DNA from: Candidatus Poribacteria bacterium
GTDB lineage: Bacteria; Poribacteria; WGA-4E; WGA-3G
Assembly (NCBI GenBank): GCA_965200395.1
Contig: CBDAUH010000003.1
Span: 959,097-1,023,096, forward strand
DNA: 64,000 nt
Reading direction: 5' to 3'
Positions 20,556-29,987 of the stretch are shown here, one piece after another. Position 1 is the stretch's first letter. Each line of letters opens with the position of its first letter. Position numbers and translations under genes: made by a program. The notes beneath the pieces were generated by a model. The model did no database searches. It saw only the letters and a list, made by a program, of their open reading frames with translations, and had not been told where the DNA came from.

Positions 20556-21254
20556 ATGCACAGACCTCGAACAGTTAATGGAATACTCAGGAAATTAGAA
20601 GGAAAGGCGGATACTAGCGAATATTTTTATCGTGGTGAACCTGAACATTATCAGGAAGAACCTTATTTTGGAATAGTCTCCTCAAACTTTTATCGTGAGC
20701 TTCTTAAAGACAATAGCTTTGATGTTAAAGCAGAACACTTTGATATAGAAGAACTCCAGACCGCAGTACTGGGTGTTTCTCAGCAATTTTCACGAAAGCC
20801 AGTAAGTGAACTTGAACAGCTTTCTGTAATTCAACACTATGGAGGCAAAACAAACCTCATAGATTTCACGAAAGATTATCTTATTGCGCTTTTCATTGCA
20901 TGTGATGGATCTCCTGATGAGGATGGTAGGATCATCTTGCAAGAAAAGAAACTGATGGAACCTTATATTGCAGAGTCTTATGAACCAATAAATCGTGTCA
21001 TTGCCCAAAAAAGTGTTTTCGTGCGGCACCCAGATGGTTATATTCAACCAAACGACGATGATATTATCAATATTCGGTCGGACCTCAAACAACCAATGCT
21101 AATGCATTTACGATACTCACACGATATTTCTGTTGAAACGATTTATAACGACATACACGGCTTTATAAAAGATCAAAGCAATCACATGCAATTCTACAAG
21201 ACGATTTATGAAGGTTTAGTCCAAAAACAGAAAGGAGATTCAGGAGATGGCTAA
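20556..21254 (+). CDS. FRG domain-containing protein
   Basis: 232 aa. N-terminal FYRGE motif and the downstream QHYGGKTNLIDFT ... ALFIA block characteristic of the FRG domain (recalled as PF08867). Confidence 0.75.
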   Translation: MHRPRTVNGILRKLEGKADTSEYFYRGEPEHYQEEPYFGIVSSNFYRELLKDNSFDVKAEHFDIEELQTAVLGVSQQFSRKPVSELEQLSVIQHYGGKTNLIDFTKDYLIALFIACDGSPDEDGRIILQEKKLMEPYIAESYEPINRVIAQKSVFVRHPDGYIQPNDDDIINIRSDLKQPMLMHLRYSHDISVETIYNDIHGFIKDQSNHMQFYKTIYEGLVQKQKGDSGDG

Positions 21255-22974
21255 CGAATCGAGGATGGCACATTATGAAGAAGCTGCCAAACATTTTACT
21301 GAAGCCATTCGTATGAGGCCCGGTTTTGCTATGTCCTATGTCTTTCGAGGCGAGGTCTACCACAAAATGGGTAAGTATGATCTTGCGATTGCTGACTTTA
21401 CTGATGCGATTTTCTGGACTCGGCAACCTGCAAGGGCATATTTTGGTCGTGGTATGGCACACGGTGCTGAAGGTGAAATTGACAAAGCAATTGAAGACTT
21501 CACGAAGGCGATTCGACACGAACCTGACTACGCAGAGGCATATTACCATCGTGGGAATGGTTATGCCATTAAAGGCGAGTTTGATTGTGCCATTGAAGAC
21601 TGTGACAAAGCGATACAACTTAATCCTGATCTTGCTGATGCCTATCTGGTTCGTGGTAATGCTTATAGCCGTAAAAGTGAATCTGATTTAGCCATTATGG
21701 ACTATAGTAAGGTTATTAGACTTAAGCCAGATTATGTTGAAGTTTACGTTCTTCGTGGTAATACTTATAATAGCAAAGGCGAATTTGACAAAGCTATTGC
21801 AGACTATACAAAAGCATTAGAACTAAACCCCAATTATGTTGAAGGTTATGTTATGCGCGGATACGTTTATGTTATTCGCGGACACGTTTACGGACGACAA
21901 CATGACTTTGACGCTCGACAACATGACTTTGAATCTGCTATTGCAGACTGTGAAAAAGTGATGCAACTTGTACCTAAAGCTGCTGCTCCCTATATTACTC
22001 GCGCAACTGTTTATAGTCTTATAGGTGATTTTGACGCTGCTATTGCAGACTGTGAAAACGCGATAGAACGTACTCCAAAAGCTGCCGATGCCTACCTAAT
22101 TCGTGGTATCGCTTATAGCAATAAAAACAAATTTGATTTAGCTGTCTCGGATTGTACAAAAGCGATAGAATTGCAACCCAATTACTTGGATGCATATTAT
22201 GAACGCGGCAACGTTTACAACAGTAAAGATGAACTCGACAAAGCAATCAGAGATTATACCAAAGTTATTGAACAAGCTCCGCAGCACATTGAGTGCTATT
22301 TCAACCGCGGTATCGCTTACCGTAAAAAACGTCAATTTGATAAAGCAATTGCAGATCATAGTATGGTTATCCGACTCCAACCAGAACATGTTTCAGCATA
22401 TATGAATCGTGGTTTCACTTCTGCTAGCAAAGGAGATTTTGATTATACTATTGCAGATTTTACGCGTGCAATACAACTCGATCCACTGTCTTATATATTA
22501 TATTATAATCGTGGGAAAGTATATGACAGCTTAAGCAACTTTGATATGTCTCTTGCCGATTATAACACAGCTATACAACTCAATCCTAGTTTTGCGATGA
22601 CATACTATGATCGTGCTAAAGTATGGTTGCACCACAAAAAGTGGGAAAATGCAAAATCTGACTTAACTGATGCAAGGAACAAGGGTATAGATATTGCTGC
22701 AGTTTTTAGTAACGAGTATATAGACATCGCTGACTTTGAGAAAAAAATAGAGGCAAAATTACCAGAAGATATTGCTGCGATGCTAAAGCAACAAGCAAAG
22801 CAAGGTCATATTCCACCTAAAGAAAAAGAGTTATTTGGATTACAAGGCAATAGGGAATCGGACTTTATTGACAACTTCACACCAAGGTTGCAACAAACAG
22901 GTCAAACTTCTATTCCAATTAATAAACATGATTCAGTCTCAAGTCAAACATCACTTAGCCTATTTGCAAATTAA
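21247..22974 (+). CDS. Tetratricopeptide (TPR) repeat protein, about 15 repeats, with a non-TPR tail of about 110 aa
   Basis: 575 aa with a 34-aa periodicity of A-I-x-D-(F/Y)-(T/S)-K-A-I-x-L-x-P-x-x-x-x-A-Y-x-x-R-G. Its start overlaps the FRG gene stop by 8 nt. Confidence 0.9.
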   Translation: MANESRMAHYEEAAKHFTEAIRMRPGFAMSYVFRGEVYHKMGKYDLAIADFTDAIFWTRQPARAYFGRGMAHGAEGEIDKAIEDFTKAIRHEPDYAEAYYHRGNGYAIKGEFDCAIEDCDKAIQLNPDLADAYLVRGNAYSRKSESDLAIMDYSKVIRLKPDYVEVYVLRGNTYNSKGEFDKAIADYTKALELNPNYVEGYVMRGYVYVIRGHVYGRQHDFDARQHDFESAIADCEKVMQLVPKAAAPYITRATVYSLIGDFDAAIADCENAIERTPKAADAYLIRGIAYSNKNKFDLAVSDCTKAIELQPNYLDAYYERGNVYNSKDELDKAIRDYTKVIEQAPQHIECYFNRGIAYRKKRQFDKAIADHSMVIRLQPEHVSAYMNRGFTSASKGDFDYTIADFTRAIQLDPLSYILYYNRGKVYDSLSNFDMSLADYNTAIQLNPSFAMTYYDRAKVWLHHKKWENAKSDLTDARNKGIDIAAVFSNEYIDIADFEKKIEAKLPEDIAAMLKQQAKQGHIPPKEKELFGLQGNRESDFIDNFTPRLQQTGQTSIPINKHDSVSSQTSLSLFAN

Positions 22975-23055
22975 TCAATGAATTTGATTGGGTAAGATAT
23001 AGTACCGTATTTTGCATAAGTACCGTATTTTGCATAACACCTAAAGTAGAACCCG

Positions 23056-24462
23056 ATGCCCGAAGACCAACCCTTAAACATTCTCCTTATTATGTCAGAC
23101 GAACATGCTCCGATGTTCAGTGGGCCTTATGGGCACCCTTTCGTTCAAACGCCGCACATGGACAGACTGGCAGAAGAGGGTGTTACTTTTACGAATGCCT
23201 ACTGTAATTCACCGCTCTGCATGCCATCACGGATGTCTTTTATGACAGGACGATATATCCATAATATTGGTGCATGGGATAACGCAGCACCGTTACGTCC
23301 CGATGCTGTTACTTGGGCACACTTGCTATGTGATGTAAGTTATGACGTTGTGCTTTCAGGAAAACAGCATTTCGGTGGCATGGATCAGTTGCACGGTTTC
23401 CGCGAGCAACTTGCACGCGACTTACACGCAGAAAGACAACACGGACTTACGGATTGGGAGAACGGTACACCACCTGCTGCACGCCCATGGCAAGGACTTG
23501 CACAAGCTCGTCCCGGAAGGACAGAAGAAATTGAAGTTGATGACCTTGCAGAAACGGAAGCGTTGAAATATCTCCGAAACCCAGCACGGAAGGAGCAACC
23601 GTGGGCACTTAACGTCTCTTTCATTGCACCTCATTTCCCGCTTGTTGTACCGCAAAGGTTTTGGGATCTCTACCCACTGGATAAGATTGACTTGCCAGAT
23701 ATACCGGCGGGACATCTTGAAAATCAGCATCCAGTTTATCAAAGAATGCGCAGCATGTTCGGTTGTGTTGACTTTCCTGAGGATTTAGTCCGCCGCGCAC
23801 GTGCAGGATATTATGGATTGATTACCTATCTCGATGAGAAGATCGGAAAGCTCCTACAAACGGTTGAGGAGACTGGACAGTTAGAGAATACCGTTATCAT
23901 TTATACCAGCGACCACGGTGAGATGAACGGTGAACATGGCATGTGGCGCAAATCAAATTTTTATGAGGCATCCGCTCGCGTTCCCTTACAGATTATGTTT
24001 CCAGATAAAATGTCCGCTGGTAAACGCGTTGCTGAAGTCGTTTCGCTTGTTGATCTGACAGCAACATTAGTTGACATTGCAGGTGGTCATTTCTTAAGTC
24101 AATTTGATGGTGATAGTTTGATACCGTTGATAGCAGGCAATGTGGACGATTGGAAAGATTTTGCATTCTCCGAATACCTCGCGCACGGTGTCCAACGCCC
24201 TATGGCAATGCTACGAAAGGGACAATACAAATACAACTATAGTCTCGGAGATCTGCCAGAACTTTATGACATCAACGAAGATCCGGGCGAATTTCACAAT
24301 CTCGCAAATGAACCGATGTATCAGGGAATTTGCAGTGAATTTGAAATGCAACTGTTAGCAGAATGGGATCCTGTTGAAATTGAGAAACAGGTGCGCGAAA
24401 GTCAGAAGGCTCGTATTCTTATTGATAAAGTCACTAGTGGACAGTGGAGAAAACCTGTTTAA
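23056..24462 (+). CDS. Sulfatase (formylglycine-dependent)
   Basis: 468 aa. Sulfatase signature CNSPLCMPSRMSFMTGR (C-x-P-x-R) and TSDHGE. Confidence 0.9.
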   Translation: MPEDQPLNILLIMSDEHAPMFSGPYGHPFVQTPHMDRLAEEGVTFTNAYCNSPLCMPSRMSFMTGRYIHNIGAWDNAAPLRPDAVTWAHLLCDVSYDVVLSGKQHFGGMDQLHGFREQLARDLHAERQHGLTDWENGTPPAARPWQGLAQARPGRTEEIEVDDLAETEALKYLRNPARKEQPWALNVSFIAPHFPLVVPQRFWDLYPLDKIDLPDIPAGHLENQHPVYQRMRSMFGCVDFPEDLVRRARAGYYGLITYLDEKIGKLLQTVEETGQLENTVIIYTSDHGEMNGEHGMWRKSNFYEASARVPLQIMFPDKMSAGKRVAEVVSLVDLTATLVDIAGGHFLSQFDGDSLIPLIAGNVDDWKDFAFSEYLAHGVQRPMAMLRKGQYKYNYSLGDLPELYDINEDPGEFHNLANEPMYQGICSEFEMQLLAEWDPVEIEKQVRESQKARILIDKVTSGQWRKPV

Positions 24463-24489
24463 GCGACCATATTGCTAAAGGAATTCTAT

Positions 24490-25908
24490 ATGCCGTTATC
24501 AGAAAAACATCCAAATCTTGTATATGTTTTTGCGGATCAACTTCGTTATCAAGCATGCGGCTATGCAGGAGAGACTCGTGTGCGCACCCCGAACATTGAT
24601 AAACTTGCTACAGAAGGTGTGAATTTCTGCAACGCGGTCTCTGGCAGCCCGATGTGTGCGCCTTATCGTGCATCACTTTTCACAGGTAAATATGCAAGTA
24701 GTACAGGTATGGTAATCAACGAACTCCGTATGAATCCGAACCATGACTGCTTCGGGCATGTTTTACATCGCAACGGATATCAGACAAGTTATATTGGGAA
24801 GTGGCATCTATGGGCAAATCAGTTAGGAAATCATCACGATCCTCAGAATTCGTATATTCCGCCAGGGCCGCATCGTCTCGGCTTTGATGGCGAATGGTCT
24901 GCATATAATTTTCATCACACCTATTTTGACACGTATTATCATAAAGACAGTCCGGAGAAGATTACGATTTCTGGCTATGAACCGGATGGACAAACAGATT
25001 TAGCGATTGAATATCTGCAACGCGCATCGACGGAGGACGATCCGTTTGCCCTTTTTCTATCAATCGGCACACCGCATGATCCGTGGACACGGAACAACGT
25101 TCCTACTGAATATTATGCGTTGTTTCAAGATGTTGACTTTCCGTTGCCGCCGAACTATAAAGAAGAAAACGATCCCTATAGTGATGCATGGGCGATGATG
25201 TCAGAACAGAATCGTGCTAAACTGCCTGAATGGATGCGCGTATATTTTGCGATGACGACGAACTTGGATTGGAATATCGGTAGATTGATGCGTGCCGTTG
25301 AAGAGCTTGGTTTGGGTGACAATACAATCTTTGTTTTCACCTCTGATCATGGTGAGATGTTTGGAGCACAAGGACGCAAGGCAAAGAATATCTTTTACGA
25401 AGAAGCGGTGCGTATCCCATTTCTTGTCCGATGGTTTAATCAAATTCCAAAAGGGCATGTCGCTGATACATGCTTGAATACACCTGATATTATGCCGACA
25501 CTCCTATCAATGATGAATTTGCCGATTCCTGAAGGTGTGGAAGGTTCAGATCTCAGCCTAGCAGCATTTGCCCAAACTTTTGATGAACCCGATGCTGCAT
25601 TGATGCAAGGAATGGGATGCACTGCAAAATGGGAAGATGGACATGAATGGCGAGCTCTCCGATCAAAACAGTATACCTATGCTGTTCATCGCCCGGATGG
25701 ATGCGAAAAACTATTTGATAATATAGCAGACCCGTACCAAACTGTTAATCTTGTTGATGAGCCTACATCACGGACAGTTCTCAGTGAATTCCGTGAGATG
25801 TTAAAGCAACGCATGGCTGCACTGAACGATACTTTTGAGGCTTGCACGTGGTATCGGGACAATTGGACAGAGGATAGGGTTATTCTCAGAACGGCTACGT
25901 TAGGGTAG
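24490..25908 (+). CDS. Sulfatase (formylglycine-dependent)
   Basis: GSPMCAPYRASLFTGK (C-x-P-x-R) and TSDHGEM. The ATG at 24490 follows AAGGAA; the TTG at 24472 is an alternative. Confidence 0.9.
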   Translation: MPLSEKHPNLVYVFADQLRYQACGYAGETRVRTPNIDKLATEGVNFCNAVSGSPMCAPYRASLFTGKYASSTGMVINELRMNPNHDCFGHVLHRNGYQTSYIGKWHLWANQLGNHHDPQNSYIPPGPHRLGFDGEWSAYNFHHTYFDTYYHKDSPEKITISGYEPDGQTDLAIEYLQRASTEDDPFALFLSIGTPHDPWTRNNVPTEYYALFQDVDFPLPPNYKEENDPYSDAWAMMSEQNRAKLPEWMRVYFAMTTNLDWNIGRLMRAVEELGLGDNTIFVFTSDHGEMFGAQGRKAKNIFYEEAVRIPFLVRWFNQIPKGHVADTCLNTPDIMPTLLSMMNLPIPEGVEGSDLSLAAFAQTFDEPDAALMQGMGCTAKWEDGHEWRALRSKQYTYAVHRPDGCEKLFDNIADPYQTVNLVDEPTSRTVLSEFREMLKQRMAALNDTFEACTWYRDNWTEDRVILRTATLG

Positions 25909-26002
25909 TTAGGGCTTTATTATCAGTGCTGTATTTCCAGCCTGGATAAGTTCTCTCCAAATTCTTAATACCAACGTGAATTCGGAATAAGACGTTTTTT
26001 TA

Positions 26003-26063
26003 ATGCACAACCTGGAAAGGTTATGCTACAAAGATGCACGCCCTGGAAAGGTTATGGGACAAA
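26003..26063 (+). repeat. Two copies of the hairpin-forming 30-mer dispersed repeat (REP-like)
   Basis: ATGCACAACCTGGAAAGGTTATGCTACAAAG then ATGCACGCCCTGGAAAGGTTATGGGACAAA, between convergent gene ends. Same family as the array at 42581..42910. Confidence 0.65.
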
Positions 26064-26078
26064 TAACCCGAACTCATG

Positions 26079-27044
26079 TTAATACCACATAGCTTTATCT
26101 ACTACATTTAGCAATGGTGTTCCCTCAGCAAAGCGGCGCGCGTTTTCTATGAACACTTCAAAATGACGTGACGAAATATTCTCTGCATCCTTGACCGCTA
26201 TATGCGGTGTTATCAACACATTTGGCATTCGCCACAACGGACTTTCGGCAGGTAACGGTTCCACTTCAAAAACATCTAGTCCACACCCCGCAATAGTACC
26301 TTGTTCAAGTGCATCTATCAGATCGGAAAGTATTGTTGTTTTACCGCGTCCGATGTTAATGAAATATGCTGACCTTTTCATCAGGGCAAAGCGATTTTTG
26401 TTCCACATCCCTTCAGTTTCTGGTGTATGAGGTGTAGTTACTATCACAAAGTCTGCAAGTGGAATAAGTGTGTCTAACTCCGCGGGTTCATGTTTTTCCA
26501 CAAACGGAACAGCATATTCCCATCTGGTATCAACACCGAGGACCTTCATGCCAAATTCTGTACAGAGGCGTGCGGTTTCATGTCCGATCCCACCTACACC
26601 GACAATCAGTGCTGTCGCTTCAGCAAGGTCAATATATCCGCTTTTACGCGCACTGTTGTTCCAAATATGTTTGCGTTGTGCGTCCATATAGTAGGGTAAT
26701 CCGCGGGCAAGTGCAAGCACAAACATCATGATATGTTGTGCGATGTGGTCATTGTAAATGCCACGCATGTTGCATACAACGACTGGATGCTCAACCAATT
26801 CGGGGTAATAGAAGCCAGGGGAGGGTCCAGCAGCAGGACTCTGTAACCATCGTAACTTTTTCGCTAAAGGTAGTTGTTTTGGTGACACCCACCCGTAAAC
26901 GGCATCTGTATCGGGTAGATGTGCGTTAACCTCTTCGTCTGTTTTCGGCAAGACGACGGTATATGCAGGCAGTTCGTCCTGAATATGTTTCGCCCATTTC
27001 TGTAATTCTGTATTTTGTGGTGGTGTCATTAACAGTTTTGGCAT
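26079..27044 (-). CDS. D-isomer-specific 2-hydroxyacid dehydrogenase family protein
   Basis: 321 aa. NAD loop VGVGGIGHE, then RGK..ILSDLIDAL, GLDVFEVEP and TPHIA. Confidence 0.85.
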   Translation of the reverse strand: MPKLLMTPPQNTELQKWAKHIQDELPAYTVVLPKTDEEVNAHLPDTDAVYGWVSPKQLPLAKKLRWLQSPAAGPSPGFYYPELVEHPVVVCNMRGIYNDHIAQHIMMFVLALARGLPYYMDAQRKHIWNNSARKSGYIDLAEATALIVGVGGIGHETARLCTEFGMKVLGVDTRWEYAVPFVEKHEPAELDTLIPLADFVIVTTPHTPETEGMWNKNRFALMKRSAYFINIGRGKTTILSDLIDALEQGTIAGCGLDVFEVEPLPAESPLWRMPNVLITPHIAVKDAENISSRHFEVFIENARRFAEGTPLLNVVDKAMWY

Positions 27045-27131
27045 GGGGTTTTCCTCTCATGGAATTGATCATCAAGTTATCTCTATCATATCACGACATT
27101 ACATGTAAATCAAGGTATGTGCAAAAACGTT

Positions 27132-28450
27132 TAGGGTTATTTAGTTTTATAGATATTCATTTTATCAAGTTAACTGTGAGTAAAGGTTTTGATGCATATT
27201 CCTTTATTTTATCAGCGATCCGTGTTATGCCTTGAAAACGGAATACGGATAATGCGGTATTTCGTAAAGCGGCCATGACTTGTGGAATAGCCCCGCATCT
27301 GACAGGTGATGCGTCCTCGCCGAGTAGCACATCGCGCATCCAATGCGACTTGTTCTCTATTGCCCAATGGCCTCTCCGTAAAGCAAGTAAGCGTTCTGCG
27401 GATGCCTCACTCGGTTTCAGGCTCGTAATCCCATAGGTAGTGCGGGTTGTCTCTTCTCCTGTCTTCATATTTTTGGAAGTATAGCAATATTGGATCACTT
27501 GTGCTACGCCCGGCCAATCCAGATATGCGTTGAGACTTGTGCTTGCCTTGATACATCGCGTCTCAAGTCTGCCATGCGACTTTTCAATCGTCTCATGCAT
27601 GTATATCGGTTTCCCTAAAGTAGGGTGTGTTGTGTCTTCAGAAACCGCGTCAGGCACGCCTTGAAAAAGTTTTTCAATCGCTTCTAACAGGTCCGGTTGA
27701 TTGCCTTTAACAGGCAGCATATAGTCGCCCCCGCTGTTTATGATTCCGTGGCAGAAAGAGCGTTGTGTCAAAAGGGCATCCGTTGTGATAACTTTGCCTG
27801 CTACATCAAACGCTTTGAGGATTTCCGTTGATACCGGTATTTCATTGGTTTTGTCGCTGACACCTCGCTGCGTGAGGGTGATCCCTAACTCATGAGAGAC
27901 GACGGAGAGTAAATGGCTGATCATCGCACCACTTTTTTTAGACGCACGCAGGGTTTTGCCATCTATAGCGACTGCGTCGGAACACCCCCGCAAATCAGGG
28001 CACTCTGCTAATGCGGCGTTTACCCATTTTGACAGGATGTTTTCTAATGCCTCAACGTCCAACTTTTTCAACAGATTATGGATAGTTGCGGCACAAGGCG
28101 TTTTGTGATGTGTGAACCCGAGTGCTTTTGTGAGTGCGGGCTGTGAGCGTGCCCAGGTAGCGATGGATGTATACCCTTTATGCCCGCACATCAATCCAAC
28201 GACTAAAAGTGCGAGGATTGCTTTCAAGGGGTGCCGTTTCCCTTTTTCCTTGCGTGGGTCTGTAAGTTCTGCTAACATATTGACTAAGTGGCAGGACTTT
28301 TTTCTTGTCATTCTTCACCTCAAAAGATCGTAAGTTTTTAAGGTGAAGTATAGCAGATATAGCGTGAAAAATCACGGTATATCTGCACATCCTAAAATAT
28401 TAACGATTGTGATAAAAAACAACTAAAATACATAAAACTAAATAACCCTA
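27132..28450 (-). mobile_element. ISAs1-family insertion sequence, copy 1 (1319 bp)
   Basis: Perfect 19-bp terminal inverted repeats TAGGGTTATTTAGTTTTAT (27132..27150) and ATAAAACTAAATAACCCTA (28432..28450). Its own 9-bp direct repeat AAAAACGTT lies at 27123..27131 and 28451..28459. Confidence 0.85.
27157..28311 (-). CDS. ISAs1 family transposase
   Basis: 384 aa. The N-terminal L.ELTDPR...GKRHPL..IL.L block and the C-terminal HWAIENKSHWMRDV..GED block are typical of ISAs1. It differs at only 4 residues from the copy at 36820..37974. Confidence 0.9.
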   Translation of the reverse strand: MTRKKSCHLVNMLAELTDPRKEKGKRHPLKAILALLVVGLMCGHKGYTSIATWARSQPALTKALGFTHHKTPCAATIHNLLKKLDVEALENILSKWVNAALAECPDLRGCSDAVAIDGKTLRASKKSGAMISHLLSVVSHELGITLTQRGVSDKTNEIPVSTEILKAFDVAGKVITTDALLTQRSFCHGIINSGGDYMLPVKGNQPDLLEAIEKLFQGVPDAVSEDTTHPTLGKPIYMHETIEKSHGRLETRCIKASTSLNAYLDWPGVAQVIQYCYTSKNMKTGEETTRTTYGITSLKPSEASAERLLALRRGHWAIENKSHWMRDVLLGEDASPVRCGAIPQVMAALRNTALSVFRFQGITRIADKIKEYASKPLLTVNLIK

Positions 28451-28528
28451 AAAAACGTTTGAATTTCCGTTGAATTTTGATATAATGTGGATAGAGAGGT
28501 AGTATTGATGTGTTGAGAGAACATACTT

Positions 28529-29905
28529 ATGGCTCCCCTGAAACTTGATTTTGACAAAGGCACTCTCATTCTACAAGACGTGCCAGATACACTTCAATTA
28601 CAGTTGCCAGACATGCTTTGGGATGAACGCACGTTGACTTTTCGCGCCCCTGCTTACCGTTATCGTCATATTATCTCACAGCTGCGTGCGCACGATGTTC
28701 CGTATACGGATTCTGCACGACAATTCACAGTTAAACACTTCACTAACCAAAGGCATGTATCACCGTATTCCTATCAGTCTGAAGCGGTTGATGCGTGGCA
28801 TGCGAACGGTAAACGGGGTGTTATCAGTCTACCGACAGGTGCAGGCAAAACTTTCATCGCCATTTTGCTGATTGCAGATACACAACGACCTACCCTTGTG
28901 CATGTTCCTACAATAGATTTGATGCATCAATGGTACGATGTGCTGAAGGAACATTTTGGAGAAGAAGTTGGACTGTATGGTGGCGGACAACACGAATTGC
29001 AAGATCTCACTGTCACAACCTATCAATCCGCTGTTATGCATGCACCTCGCTATGGGAATCGTTTCGGACTAGCTATTTATGATGAATGCCATCATCTACC
29101 GGGGGACCAATACCAATATGCAGCGATTAGTAGCATCGCCCCTTTTCGTTTAGGATTGACAGCTACCCCAGAACGTGTTGATGGTAAAGAGCGTAAGCTT
29201 TACGCGCTTGTCGGTGAATGTTGTTATGAAGCGCAAGTGCAAGAGCTTTCTGGGAAAACGCTCTCCGAATATCGCGTTGTCACGATTGCAGTAAGTATGC
29301 AAGACACGGAACGGATTGAGTATGAGGAAGCACGTCGCACCTATTTGGATTTTCTAAAAAAAGCGAAGATCAATATGGGAACATCTCGCGGCTGGCAAAC
29401 ATTTTTATGGAAATCTTCACAATCTGAAGAAGGACGCGCTGCCTTCAAAGCATATCTCACACAAAAGCAGCTGAGTTTCGCCTCTGCTGCAAAACAGGAA
29501 TGGGTATGGAAACTAATTCAGCGGCATCGTGGTGATAGGATTCTCATCTTTACGCAGGATAACGACACTGCATATCAGATTGGGACGCGTTTCTTTCTAC
29601 CTGTGCTGACGCATCAAACTAAACTGAAAGAGCGAAACGCATTTTTGAACGGATTTCGGGATGGCACTTTTTCTATTATGGTGACTTCAAAAGTGCTAAA
29701 CGAGGGTGTAGATGTGCCAGAGGCGAATGTTGCTATTATCGTATCGGGCAGTGGCAGTGTGCGAGAGCATGTGCAGCGATTGGGGCGTATTCTCCGCAAA
29801 CGTGAAGGCAAACAGGCGGTGCTTTACGAACTTATTTCTAAAAAGACTAGCGAACAGTTCGTTAACCAACGTAGAAGACAACACCATGCTTATCAGCGAA
29901 AATAA
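28529..29905 (+). CDS. XPB/ERCC3-like SF2 DNA helicase
   Basis: 458 aa. Walker A LPTGAGKT, Walker B DECHH, motif III LTATP, motif VI QRLGRILR. N-terminal domain of about 70 aa before the helicase core, as in XPB. Confidence 0.8.
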   Translation: MAPLKLDFDKGTLILQDVPDTLQLQLPDMLWDERTLTFRAPAYRYRHIISQLRAHDVPYTDSARQFTVKHFTNQRHVSPYSYQSEAVDAWHANGKRGVISLPTGAGKTFIAILLIADTQRPTLVHVPTIDLMHQWYDVLKEHFGEEVGLYGGGQHELQDLTVTTYQSAVMHAPRYGNRFGLAIYDECHHLPGDQYQYAAISSIAPFRLGLTATPERVDGKERKLYALVGECCYEAQVQELSGKTLSEYRVVTIAVSMQDTERIEYEEARRTYLDFLKKAKINMGTSRGWQTFLWKSSQSEEGRAAFKAYLTQKQLSFASAAKQEWVWKLIQRHRGDRILIFTQDNDTAYQIGTRFFLPVLTHQTKLKERNAFLNGFRDGTFSIMVTSKVLNEGVDVPEANVAIIVSGSGSVREHVQRLGRILRKREGKQAVLYELISKKTSEQFVNQRRRQHHAYQRK

Positions 29906-29987
29906 TAGATAGTGTGGGTTCGGTTTCTTGGCTTGTCAGAATCGCGGATTACGTGGATGAGATACTCTCTGGACAATTGAACTTGTT

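Noticed and set aside
22996-23036. A relic end of the IS4-family element, because TATAGTACCGTATT matches the IS copy B end plus its target (CTATAG|TACCGTATTA)
   Set aside because: Only 6 nt would derive from the IS terminus. The rest is target-like sequence, so a 14-nt match of this kind is weak and no other IS sequence is present.
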